A stretch of DNA of 64,000 bases from the NCBI GenBank assembly GCA_963811165.1, contig CAWEQH010000010.1, forward strand, positions 1,056,001-1,120,000. Reading direction: 5' to 3'. This stretch comes from an uncultured Nitrospiraceae bacterium (GTDB taxonomy: Bacteria > Nitrospirota > Thermodesulfovibrionia > Thermodesulfovibrionales > UBA6898). The position numbers and the translations under genes are program-made. Of the stretch, positions 9,253 to 19,948 are shown in pieces. The notes under the pieces were generated by a model. It saw only the letters and a list, made by a program, of their open reading frames with translations. It had not been told where the DNA came from and did no database searches. Position 1 is the first letter of the stretch. Every line of letters begins with the position of its first letter.

Positions 9253-10140
9253 TTAGATCGATTGAACAGCCTCGGCAATAACATCCCTCACGCCTCTATG
9301 GAAAACAATCGAGGCATGGTTTAAAGGGAAATTAAGGTGTTCGTCTGCATAAGGGAGCACCGAGCTTGAGGCCGATACAAGGCCGTCGCCGTGCCCGTCC
9401 CTCATCTCTTCGGGGAACATCTTCTCCGGTACCACACCGGCAAGCAGTTGCGGCAGCGGCAGTGCAAGTGCCCTGAAAAGGTCCGGGTCCGTACCGCCGA
9501 TAGAAATATACTTAGCCCCTTTCACCTTCTCGTCTTTCAGTCTCCCGTAAAAGTCCGATCCGGGCAGCAGTTCCTTCAGCCCGCTGCTGCCCAGGAACCT
9601 CAGTATCTTGCGGAATGCCGTATCAGCCTCTTTCCTGTCGAAGTTTTTCAAAAGACGGGTCACTGCGTTCGCCAGGGGCGACATAAATACGGCCCATTTT
9701 GCCAATGACGTACCTCCGTGCGGAGTAGAGAGTGTTATCACTGCCCGTGTCGTATCCGCACCGGCCTCGAGATATTTTCTCGCTATGAGCCCCCCTCTGC
9801 TGTGGCAGATAAAAAACACCCCCTCATGCGCTTGTTCCGGGTGTTTTAGGAGGATTTGTCCGAGTTCCCCGACCGCAACCGATATCGGACCTGCCGGTCT
9901 GGACTGAGACCAGGTGAGAACACTGAATCCAAGCCCCTCAAGGTCTTGGTAAGACGTCCGCATTTCAACGTCCTTTCCAAGCAGGACGCTTAAAGGATAC
10001 CTCCCGCCAAGCACCCTCGCCCGGGCAGGGTCTGTCCAGAAGTCCGCATCCATGCCAAGGCCATGAATGAAGACAACAAGAGGTTTATGCTTGTCTCCTT
10101 CGCGGAACCGTATATCGAGTTTCACCAGTTTTTCCTTCAT
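9253..10140 (-). CDS. alpha/beta-fold hydrolase (lipase/esterase, PGAP1-like)
   Basis: VFIHGLG, CHSRGG nucleophile elbow, STPHGG, GDGLV, terminal NH. Confidence 0.8.
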   Translation of the reverse strand: MKEKLVKLDIRFREGDKHKPLVVFIHGLGMDADFWTDPARARVLGGRYPLSVLLGKDVEMRTSYQDLEGLGFSVLTWSQSRPAGPISVAVGELGQILLKHPEQAHEGVFFICHSRGGLIARKYLEAGADTTRAVITLSTPHGGTSLAKWAVFMSPLANAVTRLLKNFDRKEADTAFRKILRFLGSSGLKELLPGSDFYGRLKDEKVKGAKYISIGGTDPDLFRALALPLPQLLAGVVPEKMFPEEMRDGHGDGLVSASSSVLPYADEHLNFPLNHASIVFHRGVRDVIAEAVQSI

Positions 10141-10208
10141 AGAAAGTGTATTGATGAATTATAACAGACTGGAAGAGGGCGCAAAGATTCACCGTCAAAA
10201 AATAAGAA

Positions 10209-10340
10209 CTGGGTAAGGACGGCTTTTTCGCTCATTCTCGTCCCGAAAAGTTGGTAGCGGGACTCCGAGGCAATTTCTCGACTCGCCGTATGCGAGTCAA
10301 AACGAGAAATTGAAGCCGCTCAAATGCCGTCCTCACTCAG
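10209..10340 (-). repeat. structured dispersed element, copy A
   Basis: Reverse complement reads stem-TTTGAGCGG-stem-CCTCGGAG-hairpin-CGAGAATGAGCGA-stem, the same core as copies B-E. Confidence 0.8.
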
Positions 10341-10450
10341 TGGTCGCGTATAGGCTGTAAGGACTAGGTTGTTTTGCCTGCTGCATGCTGATACACTTTG
10401 TTCATGGAGCCGATAATCAGACATAGGATTTTTTATCCAAAAGGCTGCTC

Positions 10451-11836
10451 ATGAAAGAGTATGACGTCGTAGTTATCGGTTCCGGAGCTGCGCTTCATAT
10501 TGTCGAAAATGCCATGTCCCATGGGTTTTCTACGGCACTGATCGACCGGGGGCCTCTTGGCGGGACCTGCCTCAATGTGGGCTGCATACCGTCAAAGATG
10601 CTCATCTATCCCGGCGACAGGGTCATGGAGATCATGGATTCGGAGAAACTCGGCGTGACCGCAGAGATAAGGGATATCGACTTCAATGCGATCATGAAGA
10701 GGATGGTAAGGACGGTATCCAGGGGTGAAGCCCATATAAGGGAGGTCATCCGGCTGGCCGAGGAACTTGATTTCTACGAGGGACAGGGACATTTCATCGC
10801 CGAACGCACACTTGAGGTAAACGGCGAGCAGGTCAGGGGGAAGAGGATATTCATCGCCTCCGGGGTCAGACCCCAGGTACCCCCTATCCCGGGAATAGAC
10901 ATGATAGATTTTCTGACCAACGAGAGTCTGCTTCGTCTAAAGACGAGACCGGAAAGCCTTATCATTCTGGGGGGTGGCTACATAGCCGCGGAATATGCCC
11001 ATTTTTTTTCGGCCATGGGCAGCGCAGTTACCATACTTCAGAGAAACAAGAGGATCGTGCCTGACGAAGAGCCCGAGGTATCCGAGCTCCTGAGAAAAAA
11101 GCTCGGAGCGCGAATGAAGGTGTTTACGAATACGGAGGCGGTCTCGATAAGGAAATCGGGGCGGGACTGCGAAGTCACCGCCAGGGAGAGAGGGTCCGGC
11201 AAAGAAAGAAAATTCTCAGCCGAAAAGATCCTCCTTGCCAGCGGAAGGACCTCGAATGCCGATCTTTTGAGGGTCCAGGATACCGGGGTCGAGACAGATA
11301 AACGGAACTTCATAAAGGTAAACGAATATTTCGAGACGAGCACGAAAAATATATGGGCCTTCGGCGACGCGCTCGGGAAAAAGATGTTCAGACATGTTGC
11401 AAACAAAGAGGCGGCCGCCGTCTTTCGCAATGCCTTTCACAATTCGAAGGAAACGGTCGATTACCTCGCTGCGCCGCACGCGGTTTTTACCTGGCCCGAG
11501 ATCGCATCGGTCGGCCTCACCGAAGAAGAAGCGAGACGGCGGTACCATATCCATGATCTTCTTGTGGGCAGGGCAAACTATTCAGACGTTGCACGCGGAG
11601 AAGCGATGATGGAGGAGGAGGGTTTCTGTAAAGCGATCGTAAAAAAAGACGGGGACAAGATACTCGGGTTCCATATCATCGGCCCGCATGCCTCAATCCT
11701 TATCCAGGAGGTAATCATCGCAATGGCAAATAACCTGAACATCTGGGCAATGAATAAAGGTATGCATATCCATCCCTCTTTGTCCGAAGTGATCATGGCC
11801 GCCCTGGGCAACCTCGAAGAAGCCGGAGCAGCATAG
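10451..11836 (+). CDS. class-I pyridine nucleotide-disulfide oxidoreductase (dihydrolipoamide dehydrogenase/mycothione reductase-like)
   Basis: GGTCLNVGCIPSK redox disulfide, GGGYIAAE, HPSLSE. Confidence 0.88.
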   Translation: MKEYDVVVIGSGAALHIVENAMSHGFSTALIDRGPLGGTCLNVGCIPSKMLIYPGDRVMEIMDSEKLGVTAEIRDIDFNAIMKRMVRTVSRGEAHIREVIRLAEELDFYEGQGHFIAERTLEVNGEQVRGKRIFIASGVRPQVPPIPGIDMIDFLTNESLLRLKTRPESLIILGGGYIAAEYAHFFSAMGSAVTILQRNKRIVPDEEPEVSELLRKKLGARMKVFTNTEAVSIRKSGRDCEVTARERGSGKERKFSAEKILLASGRTSNADLLRVQDTGVETDKRNFIKVNEYFETSTKNIWAFGDALGKKMFRHVANKEAAAVFRNAFHNSKETVDYLAAPHAVFTWPEIASVGLTEEEARRRYHIHDLLVGRANYSDVARGEAMMEEEGFCKAIVKKDGDKILGFHIIGPHASILIQEVIIAMANNLNIWAMNKGMHIHPSLSEVIMAALGNLEEAGAA

Positions 11837-12015
11837 GTCTCTTCTTCCTGCCGGCGCTGCCGTTATTGAAAGTATTTTCTCGCCATTTCAAGCTTTTTTT
11901 CTGAAAGACTTCAAGGCTGCTCCCCCCTTCGAGGGCATGATGTCGAGGCCGTAAAATCGGACTTTTTCGGTTTTAATAGTTGCTTTAATTCATAATTATA
12001 TAGTTTCGAAATATC

Positions 12016-12044
12016 TTGACATTTGTTTTCCTTTTGCTTATCCT
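12016..12044 (+). promoter_or_regulatory. putative sigma70 promoter of the octaheme cytochrome operon
   Basis: TTGACA-N17-TATCCT. Confidence 0.5.
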
Positions 12045-12237
12045 ATGAAAAATAATTCTCAATTTCGGTGACAGGGGTTGATAATGCTCATAAGACATTT
12101 GTCCCAGTTTGCCAACAGTAGGCCTTCCACCAGGCTCAGCAGCCCGATGCAATCCGTAATTACCTTTCCCCATTTCTTAAGGAAATCCAGTTCATGAACT
12201 TTTGATCAAAAGTAAAAATAACTTTTAGGGGGTACCG

Positions 12238-13703
12238 ATGAAGGTATTAAAAGTGTCATTTCAGTTCGTTGCAGCAGTCATTTTGTCGTTGTTTCCTTTA
12301 GGCGCTTCGTCGAATGCGACTACCGACCATACAACACTGATAAAAGGGCCTTTCAAAAACGGGGAAGAAGTGACAAAGGCATGCCTTCAGTGTCACGAGA
12401 AACAGGCGGATGAAGTCATGCAGACCCCCCATTACAAATGGAAAGGAGTTCCGCGAACGGTAAAAGGCCTCGAAAACAGTAAGGAGGAATACGGCAAGGC
12501 AAATCTGGTCAATAACTTCTGCACCGACGTCGAGGGCGGCAGCAGGCCCTTCTGCATCAAATGTCATGCGGGCTACGGTTGGACGGAAAATGGCTCCCTG
12601 CCTGCGGAAAAGTCCAAGGTCGACTGTCTTGTGTGTCATGCGAAAGAAGGCAGATACAGAAAGGGCATCGGCGGAGAGGTAGACCAGGAGTTGTTCTCAA
12701 GGGGGAAAATGGACCTCGTAAAGGCGGCCCAGAGTGTAAGCCTGCCCAACCGGGACAACTGCGGGGTCTGCCATTTCTTCGGTGGGGGGGAGACGCGGTC
12801 AAGCATGGCGACCTGGATTCTACACTTAGTAAACCCAAGAAGGCGCATGACGTCCACATGGGCGGGCCGGCCGACATGAACTGTCAGGCATGTCATGTCT
12901 CTAAGGATCACAGGATCGCAGGGGCCTCTACCTTTTTGGCCACGAACGACGGAAGGGTCTCCTGCGAGGACTGCCACAGAGACCCGCACAAGGACTCTTC
13001 GGAGCATAAACTTCTCTTAAGACATTCAAAAACCGTCGCATGTCAGACATGCCACATCCCGGTCTTTGCAAAAGGACAGGCCACAAAGATGAGCTGGGAC
13101 TGGTCAGACGTCGGAAAGGACCTTGAGCCGACTGAGACATTCGGCAAAGAGACGTTTGCCAAACACAAAGGGACCTTTGTATGGGCCATGAATGTAACGC
13201 CGAGTTACGCATGGTATAACGGTAAAATCGAGAGATATCTTAAGGGAGATAAGATAAAAAACCCGAGCCAGACAGTCTATCTCTCACGGCCGGTCGGAAA
13301 CATAAAAGACGAAGACTCCAAAATCTATCCCTTCAAGATCCACAGGGGCAAACAGCCCATGGATTCACAGTATAAATATCTTTCGATTTTCCAGAATTAC
13401 GGCGGATTGTGGTCCCATTATAACTGGCAAAAGGCGCTGACGGACGGCGCAAAGGCCTCGGGTCTTCCCTATAGCGGCAAGTTCGAGTTCGTCTCCACCG
13501 CCTTCTACGGAAGTATAAACCATGAAGTCGTTCCCAAGGAACAGGCCCTGAAATGCGGGGACTGCCATTTTGGCAAAGACACGCGGCTTGACTGGAAGGC
13601 CCTCGGCTATGCCGGCGACCCAATGAGGGTAGGAGGAAGGTTTGAAAAAACATCGAAAGAAACTGCAGTCAGAAAGGTTTTAAAAAAAGCAGCCGTTAAA
13701 TAA
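12238..13703 (+). CDS. octaheme tetrathionate reductase (OTR)-family c-type cytochrome; -1 frameshift in the G-run at 12784-12790
   Basis: Signal peptide; 8 CxxCH across two frames (CLQCH, CIKCH, CLVCH, CGVCH | CQACH, CEDCH, CQTCH, CGDCH); GKANLVNNFC; GGGGDAVKHGDLD restored by one extra G. Confidence 0.88.
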
Positions 13704-13754
13704 AACAACAAAAGAGCGGCCTTAATTGCCGCTTCGGAAAAAAAGGAGGAAGGT

Positions 13755-14075
13755 ATGAAAAGAGTTTCAAGTGCAGCTACGGTCCTGGCCCTGATGATTT
13801 TCTGTCTGTCCATAGTCGCCGCTGTTGCGGTGGCGGAGGACAAAATCAGCGTAAAAGGCAAGATCAAGGACTATGACCTTGACGCCAAAACCGTGTTGGT
13901 CACGACCGACGACGGCAAAGACATGACGTTCGTTATAGAAAACGAAAAGGCCCTTCAAAAACTCGATGACAGACTCTTTAAGGGGGACGAGGTAAAGGTC
14001 AAATACACCGTTAAGGACGGCAAAAACTGCGTCAGGGAAAACAGCGACTTCAAAGGCACAAAACCAGGCTGCTGA
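13755..14075 (+). CDS. small secreted OB-fold-like protein with C-terminal GC (ExtJ-like)
   Basis: Signal peptide, beta-rich ...GDEVKVKY..., ends KPGC; GGAGG RBS. Confidence 0.65.
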   Translation: MKRVSSAATVLALMIFCLSIVAAVAVAEDKISVKGKIKDYDLDAKTVLVTTDDGKDMTFVIENEKALQKLDDRLFKGDEVKVKYTVKDGKNCVRENSDFKGTKPGC

Positions 14076-14104
14076 GCGGCCGAACGTTCCAAGGAGGTGT
14101 TCGA

Positions 14105-15695
14105 ATGAAAGTATTCCTTGCGGTACTGCTCTCTCTTTCTCTTTTTGTCCCGGTCTCTGCCTTTGCGGCCGATCAGGCAGAACTGATGAAAAAGATAGAC
14201 GACATGTCAAGGCAGCTACAGGAGCTGAAGCAGCAGATGCAGGACATGCAGAAAAAAGAGACCGCAGCAACGGAGAAGATCAAGAAGGTCGAAAAAAAGG
14301 TCGAAGACGGCCTCAAAGCCGTCGTGGCTTGAAATCGGCGGCGATTACAGGGGCAGGTATGACTACCTCAAAGGCACGGTCCACGACTACTACAGCTTTA
14401 CCCAGGTCCTGCCGTTTTTCCTCGGCATGCCCGGCGCACAGGCGCCGCAGCTGATTCAGGCCCACGACGTAAAGAACGATGCTCTTTTGACAAACCGTTT
14501 CGGGCTTAACCTCAAGGCAAGGGCGACTGAAGACATCACGGTAAAGGCAAGATTGCTGATGTACAAGGTTTGGGGACATGAGACGGACGAGCCTGTCGCA
14601 GGCCCCACGAGCGCATTTTTTGCCGACAAGTTTTTTGTCTTCGACGGCAATGTTTCTCATATCCCTGAAGACAATGTCCTCAGGGTAGACCAGGCATTTG
14701 CAACATGGTCAAATATTGGAAAACTCCCCGTATGGTTTTCTGTCGGCAGACGGCCCTCAACAGGAGGCGTCCCGACCAATTTAAGACAAAACGTCGAAAA
14801 AAGCGGAAGCTCGGGGGTGCCGGGGCTTCTTGTAGACTACGCATTCGACGGCGCGACGCTGGGCGTTGCCCCGGACATAGACGCCCTGCCCGGCGCATAT
14901 GCAAAAATCTGTTATGGAAGGGGCTTTGACGCGGGGTTCAAGTCCTCGGATAAGGGCCTCAATAATGTGGACTTCATGGGCGTAAATGTGGTCCCCTACG
15001 ACACCGACAATCTCCATGTCGAGCTTCAGTGGGACCGCGGGTTCCAGTTTTTCGCTTTTCCGGAGAACACGTTTAGTCCCTTATTCAACGCCAGCAATAC
15101 AAATCTCGGTGACATAGACCAGTACGGCGCACTCGTTATGGGGAAGATTAAAGACATCGGGATCGGCGACCTCAATCTTTTCGTAAACGGCGCCGTAAGC
15201 CGGTCACATCCCAACGATAACCTCTTTTCCATCGACACGCCTTCGGGACCCGTTCCCGTTGCCGGTCTCCTTTATGACGCACCGAATTTCGGCGGGGTAA
15301 AGGAAGGCCACACCGGCACGGCCCTTTATCTGGGCACGAGATATGATATTACGTCTACGGGCACCAAAATTGGTCTGGAATATAATTACGGCTCCAAGTA
15401 CTGGGTGGCCTTCACACCGGCCTCGGACGATATGTGGACAAGCAAGCTCGGGGCCCACGGAAATGTCTATGAGGCATATGTCATCCAGGAGATCAAAAGC
15501 AAGCCGATATCAAAGTACGGCAAGGCCTTCTTCAGGCTGGGGTATCAGTATTACGATTTCAACTACACAGGAAGCAACAACTGGGTGGGAGCGCCGAAAA
15601 GCATGTCGGATTTGAACAACCCAATGAACGCCCAGATGTTTGCACCTCTTGAGAAGGCCCATGACGTATATCTGACCTTTGAGGTAACGTTCTAA
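14105..15695 (+). CDS. DUF3373-family outer-membrane beta-barrel protein; +1 frameshift near 14310
   Basis: Signal peptide + coiled coil (14105-14310) continues in the next frame as KPSWLEIGGDYRGRYD...LLTNRFGLNL...SVGRRPST...; ends YLTFEVTF (C-terminal Phe). Confidence 0.8.
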
Positions 15696-15706
15696 CGTGC
15701 CGTTAC

Positions 15707-15738
15707 ACGCGCCGTGCGGCTGATGCCGCACGGCGCGT
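15707..15738. terminator. GC-rich hairpin terminator
   Basis: ACGCGCCGTGCGGC-TGAT-GCCGCACGGCGCGT, 14-bp perfect stem after the operon. Confidence 0.65.
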
Positions 15739-15864
15739 CATTTTGAACATATATGGCCCTTGAAATGTCTCTCCCTGCCCTGCCCTCTTCGCGGCCCCGC
15801 CTGCCATGGTCACATCCACCTATCGAACTAAAATCCAAATTATTTTTCCTGAATTTTCCCATCC

Positions 15865-18192
15865 TTACCACTTCAAAAAGAGCCTTCTGAGATTCCTCCA
15901 TTCAGCGGCAGGGCCGTCGGCCTTTTCGAGCACAAAATCACTATAGGTCTTTATAACGAGGCCGTCGTCCTTTTCGGTTATCTTGACCGCGCCGTCCCTG
16001 TCGGTCCTGAAAACCTTGACACCTGATAGTCTTTCAAGGACATCAGGACTCGGATGACCGAAGGAATTGTCCCTGCCCACCGAAATGACAGCGACAGAGG
16101 GAGAGACACTCGAAATAAACTCAGGACCGGCGGACGTCCTGCTGCCGTGATGGGGAACCTTAATTACATCTGCGCGAAGCCATTTCGTAAGATGGGAGAT
16201 GTCCCGCTCCGCTTCTCCCCCTGTGTCCCCTGCGAAAAGGAATGTCTTCTTTCGTCCCTTTATACTAAGCACAAGAGACGAGTTGTTTTCTTCTTCATAG
16301 TCATTGCCGTCGCGGGTGTAGAATTCCCTGTAGGGATGGAGCACGGTTATGCTGCAATCTCCGGCATCGATCATGTCTCCCCTTTCGAGCGTCCTCCGCT
16401 TTGCCTTCAGCCCCATCTCCTCAGGATACACGATCCGGCCATTGTCCCAGATTTCCCTTGTTTGGAACTTCTCCATAAGATAGCCGAGCCCGCCTGAGTG
16501 GTCGGGATGGACATGGCTTATGACGAGGGCATCTATCGACCGCATACCTTCGTAGGCAAGATATGCAGCCGTCTCCTTCCCGGTCCTTCCCGTATCGATG
16601 ACGATTACCCTTTTGTCGGGCAGCCGGACAACAGCGGAATCACCCTGCCCGACGTCAAGAAAAGTTACGCTCAATGCCCCCTTTTCAAAAGCGACCAGTG
16701 CGGCAAAAACGGCCAGCGGCAAAAACGGCAGAAGAAGCCATTTCTTCTTCCTGCCGAAAAAGAAATATGGGATAAAACCGAGGTAGAACACTATGCAAAG
16801 GACCGGAGGGAATGCGGGAAGTTTGACGTCCGCAAAAGGTACTTTCGCCAGGAGCTTGACAAGAGCGACCGAGGCATCTGCCGTCCACGACACAAAAGGG
16901 GCGAAGAGGTAGTGTCCTGTGAGCAGAAATGTAAAGGAGGATACCACCGCCAGCCCCACAAGGACAAAACCTATAAGCGGCGAGGCGATAAGGTTTGAAA
17001 GAGGCGAAATGAGGGAGAAGTAGTGGAAGTAAAAGGCCACAAGAGGGGCCGTGCCCAGTGACGCCGCCAGTGTAAGTGAAACGGATTGCTTCACGTGATG
17101 AACCAGTCTGTTTCCCTTATCTTCTTCTTCATCATCCCCCTTCTCCAGTGCAACGCCTATGAAGAACACTGCTATGAAGGACAGCCGAAAGGAAATGCTC
17201 TGGAGCACTTCGGGATTCCATAGCACCAAAAGACAGGCAGCTAAAAGGAGGGAATTCAGCCAAAACCCTTTTCTGCCCAGAAGGAGAGCAAGAAGGAAAA
17301 GGGTTATCATAACAAACGACCTGACCGCAGGAGGACTGGAACCCGAGATGCCCAGGTACAGGACCATTACCGGCATCGTAAGGACCGCAGCGGCCTGAGA
17401 CGGCGTTACGTAGATCGTCATCCTCTGCAACATTCCGTAAGGCAGTCTTTTTATCAAAAAGACGAACGTTCCGAACATCATAACGGAAAAAAGACCGAAG
17501 TGTGTACCGGAGATGCTGAGGATGTGCGCAAGCCCCGTCACGTTGAACGCCTCTTTCAGGTCATCTCCAAGGTAGGACGTCTCGCCGGTCGTCACCGACG
17601 CGATGAGGGCCGCCGAGTCCTTCCGGAACCTGCCCAAGACATACTCATTGATGCGTTTTCTCAATTTGTTGAAGTAATTCGTAATGGACGGGGAAGCGCG
17701 GCCTGCAACCCTCAGCTCCGCTGCCTCACCGTACAGCTTCACCTGCCCCCAGCCTCCCGGGTTTCTGCGCGACCTGTCCTTACCGGTCTTCAAAAGGACT
17801 TCGTACTCTTCGTCTGAGTCGGCCTCGAAGTCTGTAAAGACGGTTGCATCCTTATCCTGGAGGTCTTCGATCTCCGAGTCGGATTCATCTTCTAAGGCAG
17901 TGTCTATCGAGAAGGTTTTCGCATCGCTACCGGGAAACGGAGCATTACTGCTAGGCAGGAACCTCCCCGTCAGTATCAGTTTTTTGTTCCAGAGATCAAG
18001 TGTTTCCACCCCGGGCGAAAATCTTACATAGGCATAAGAAATACCTAGGACGACAATCAGGAGCAACACATATCTTTTCCTCCTCACGATGAGGACCGCG
18101 GCGGCCGCAAGGAGTATGGCGGATGTGATCGGGAAAAAACGGAACAAAGAAAAAAGCGCCGTCCCGTAGATAAAAGAAATAAAACCCATCAT
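15865..18192 (-). CDS. comEC: DNA uptake competence protein ComEC/Rec2
   Basis: GLAHILSISGTH, FLDVGQGDS, SHVHPDHSGG, KVPHHGS, NSFGHP. Confidence 0.95.
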   Translation of the reverse strand: MMGFISFIYGTALFSLFRFFPITSAILLAAAAVLIVRRKRYVLLLIVVLGISYAYVRFSPGVETLDLWNKKLILTGRFLPSSNAPFPGSDAKTFSIDTALEDESDSEIEDLQDKDATVFTDFEADSDEEYEVLLKTGKDRSRRNPGGWGQVKLYGEAAELRVAGRASPSITNYFNKLRKRINEYVLGRFRKDSAALIASVTTGETSYLGDDLKEAFNVTGLAHILSISGTHFGLFSVMMFGTFVFLIKRLPYGMLQRMTIYVTPSQAAAVLTMPVMVLYLGISGSSPPAVRSFVMITLFLLALLLGRKGFWLNSLLLAACLLVLWNPEVLQSISFRLSFIAVFFIGVALEKGDDEEEDKGNRLVHHVKQSVSLTLAASLGTAPLVAFYFHYFSLISPLSNLIASPLIGFVLVGLAVVSSFTFLLTGHYLFAPFVSWTADASVALVKLLAKVPFADVKLPAFPPVLCIVFYLGFIPYFFFGRKKKWLLLPFLPLAVFAALVAFEKGALSVTFLDVGQGDSAVVRLPDKRVIVIDTGRTGKETAAYLAYEGMRSIDALVISHVHPDHSGGLGYLMEKFQTREIWDNGRIVYPEEMGLKAKRRTLERGDMIDAGDCSITVLHPYREFYTRDGNDYEEENNSSLVLSIKGRKKTFLFAGDTGGEAERDISHLTKWLRADVIKVPHHGSRTSAGPEFISSVSPSVAVISVGRDNSFGHPSPDVLERLSGVKVFRTDRDGAVKITEKDDGLVIKTYSDFVLEKADGPAAEWRNLRRLFLKW

Positions 18193-18220
18193 CGCCGGAA
18201 CAAAACCCCTGACTCACATG

Positions 18221-18347
18221 ATAAGGCGGGATATGGTATTTGAGCGGTTTTTTTTGCCGATATTCCGAAAGTCTGTTTATTTGCGATGAAGAGGCAAAAG
18301 CCTCGGAGCGAAGCGAGAATGAGCGAAAATACTATATCCCGCCTTAT
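18221..18347 (+). repeat. structured dispersed element, copy B
   Basis: 21-bp terminal stem ATAAGGCGGGATATGGTATTT/AAATACTATATCCCGCCTTAT; core TGAGCGG...GCCTCGGAG-CGAAG-CGAGAATGAGCGA. Confidence 0.85.
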
Positions 18348-18443
18348 ATTTTGCACAGGTCCGCTGCGTCCCCCCATAAGACGATCCCCCGATCTACACA
18401 ATTTATTTCATCAGCCCAAAGCCATCGCAAAGGATTCAATCCA

Positions 18444-18557
18444 AGGGCAGGCATGGTATTGGAGCGACTTCTTTTATCCCGATGAATATCGGGAGAAAAG
18501 CCCTCGGAGATCCGCTTCCTGCGGATCGAGAATGAGCTACGATACTATGTCTGCCCT
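18444..18557 (+). repeat. structured dispersed element, copy C
   Basis: Terminal stem AGGGCAGGCATGGTAT/ATACTATGTCTGCCCT; core GGAGCGAC...CCCTCGGAG-ATCCGC/GCGGAT-CGAGAATGAGC. Confidence 0.85.
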
Positions 18558-18598
18558 ATTCCCATATTATCTCAACATTACCATCCCAATACCAAAGG

Positions 18599-19948
18599 TT
18601 ACTGCATCTTCTCCCGTATCACCTTCGAGATGTCCCGCCCCAGTTTCGTGATAAGCTTCTCGTCCTCCCCTTCAAGCATGACCCTTATCTTAGGCTCCGT
18701 ACCGGATGCCCTGACGAGCACCCTACCCCTGCTGCCGAGCTTTTTCTCAGCCGTTTCCACCGCGCTTTCGATATCGGGGACCGAACGGATATCCTGTTTT
18801 TTCTCGACCTCGACGTTCATAAGGACCTGGGGAAAAAGCTTGATCCTCGATGCCAGTTTAGAAAGCGGCGCATTACTGATTTTCATAAGACTTAGGACCT
18901 GGGCCGCCGTGATGGGTCCATCACCGGTTGTATTGTAATCCAGAAATATTATGTGGCCCGACTGTTCTCCGCCCATGTTAAAGCCGCCGTCGAGCATCTT
19001 TTCGACCACGTACCTGTCTCCCACCTGGGTCCTCAAGAGCCGGACGCCATGTTTTTCGAGGAACCTTTCAAGCCCTAGGTTGCTCATCACCGTTGCCACG
19101 ACCGTCTTCCCTTTCAAGCTGCCGGACCTGACCATGTCGGCTGCACACATGCCCATGATCCTGTCGCCGTCAACGGGCCTGCCCTTCTCGTCGCAAAGCA
19201 ACGTCCGGTCCCCGTCGCCGTCATGCGCGATCCCTATATCCGCCGTGTGTTCGATCACCGCCTTCTGCAGACCCGCCATATTTAGAGAACCGCAATCAAG
19301 ATTAATGTTGGTGCCGTCAGGCCTGTCGTTGAGCGAAATCACCTCGGCCCCTAGTTCACGCAATAGCCATGGCGTTGTCTTGTATGCCGCACCGTTTGCG
19401 CAGTCGACAACGATCTTCATCCCTTCAAGCGTAGTGCCCTTCGGGAGCGTTGACTTTATATATTCGATATACCTGCCGGTGGCGTCGTCGAGCCTGAAGG
19501 CCTTTCCGACCTCTTCACCTTTAGGCCTGAACTTTTCCAGGTGATCGTCCATCACAAGGTCCTCTATCCTCTTTTCGACCGAATCAGGAAGTTTGAAGCC
19601 GTCGTAAGAGAAGAACTTTATCCCGTTGTCCTGGAAAGGGTTGTGCGACGCAGAAATCACGATCCCGGCATCGATCCTCAGGGTCCTTGTGAGAAATGCG
19701 ATTCCGGGGGTCGGAAGCGGGCCTACCAGGGTCACATCCATGCCCATGGAGCAGATCCCCGACGTAAGGGCGCTTTCTATCATATATCCCGACAGCCGCG
19801 TGTCCTTGCCTATGAGCACCATATTCCTGCCGTGGAGTTCCTTACGGAGCACCGTTGCGGCCGCCATGCCTATCCTTAAGACGTTTTCAGGCTTCATCGG
19901 ATATTTATTGATCCGGCCCCTTATGCCGTCCGTGCCGAAGAGTCTCAT
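18599..19948 (-). CDS. glmM: phosphoglucosamine mutase
   Basis: LFGTDGIRG, ISASHNP, DGDGDR, GGEQSGH, RASGTEP. Confidence 0.97.
   Translation of the reverse strand: MRLFGTDGIRGRINKYPMKPENVLRIGMAAATVLRKELHGRNMVLIGKDTRLSGYMIESALTSGICSMGMDVTLVGPLPTPGIAFLTRTLRIDAGIVISASHNPFQDNGIKFFSYDGFKLPDSVEKRIEDLVMDDHLEKFRPKGEEVGKAFRLDDATGRYIEYIKSTLPKGTTLEGMKIVVDCANGAAYKTTPWLLRELGAEVISLNDRPDGTNINLDCGSLNMAGLQKAVIEHTADIGIAHDGDGDRTLLCDEKGRPVDGDRIMGMCAADMVRSGSLKGKTVVATVMSNLGLERFLEKHGVRLLRTQVGDRYVVEKMLDGGFNMGGEQSGHIIFLDYNTTGDGPITAAQVLSLMKISNAPLSKLASRIKLFPQVLMNVEVEKKQDIRSVPDIESAVETAEKKLGSRGRVLVRASGTEPKIRVMLEGEDEKLITKLGRDISKVIREKMQ

Noticed and set aside
14070..14104. Possible Cys-Sec read-through at the ...GGC TGC TGA end of the small periplasmic protein
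   Set aside because: No convincing SECIS-like hairpin follows, and a terminal GC is a normal ending for such proteins.
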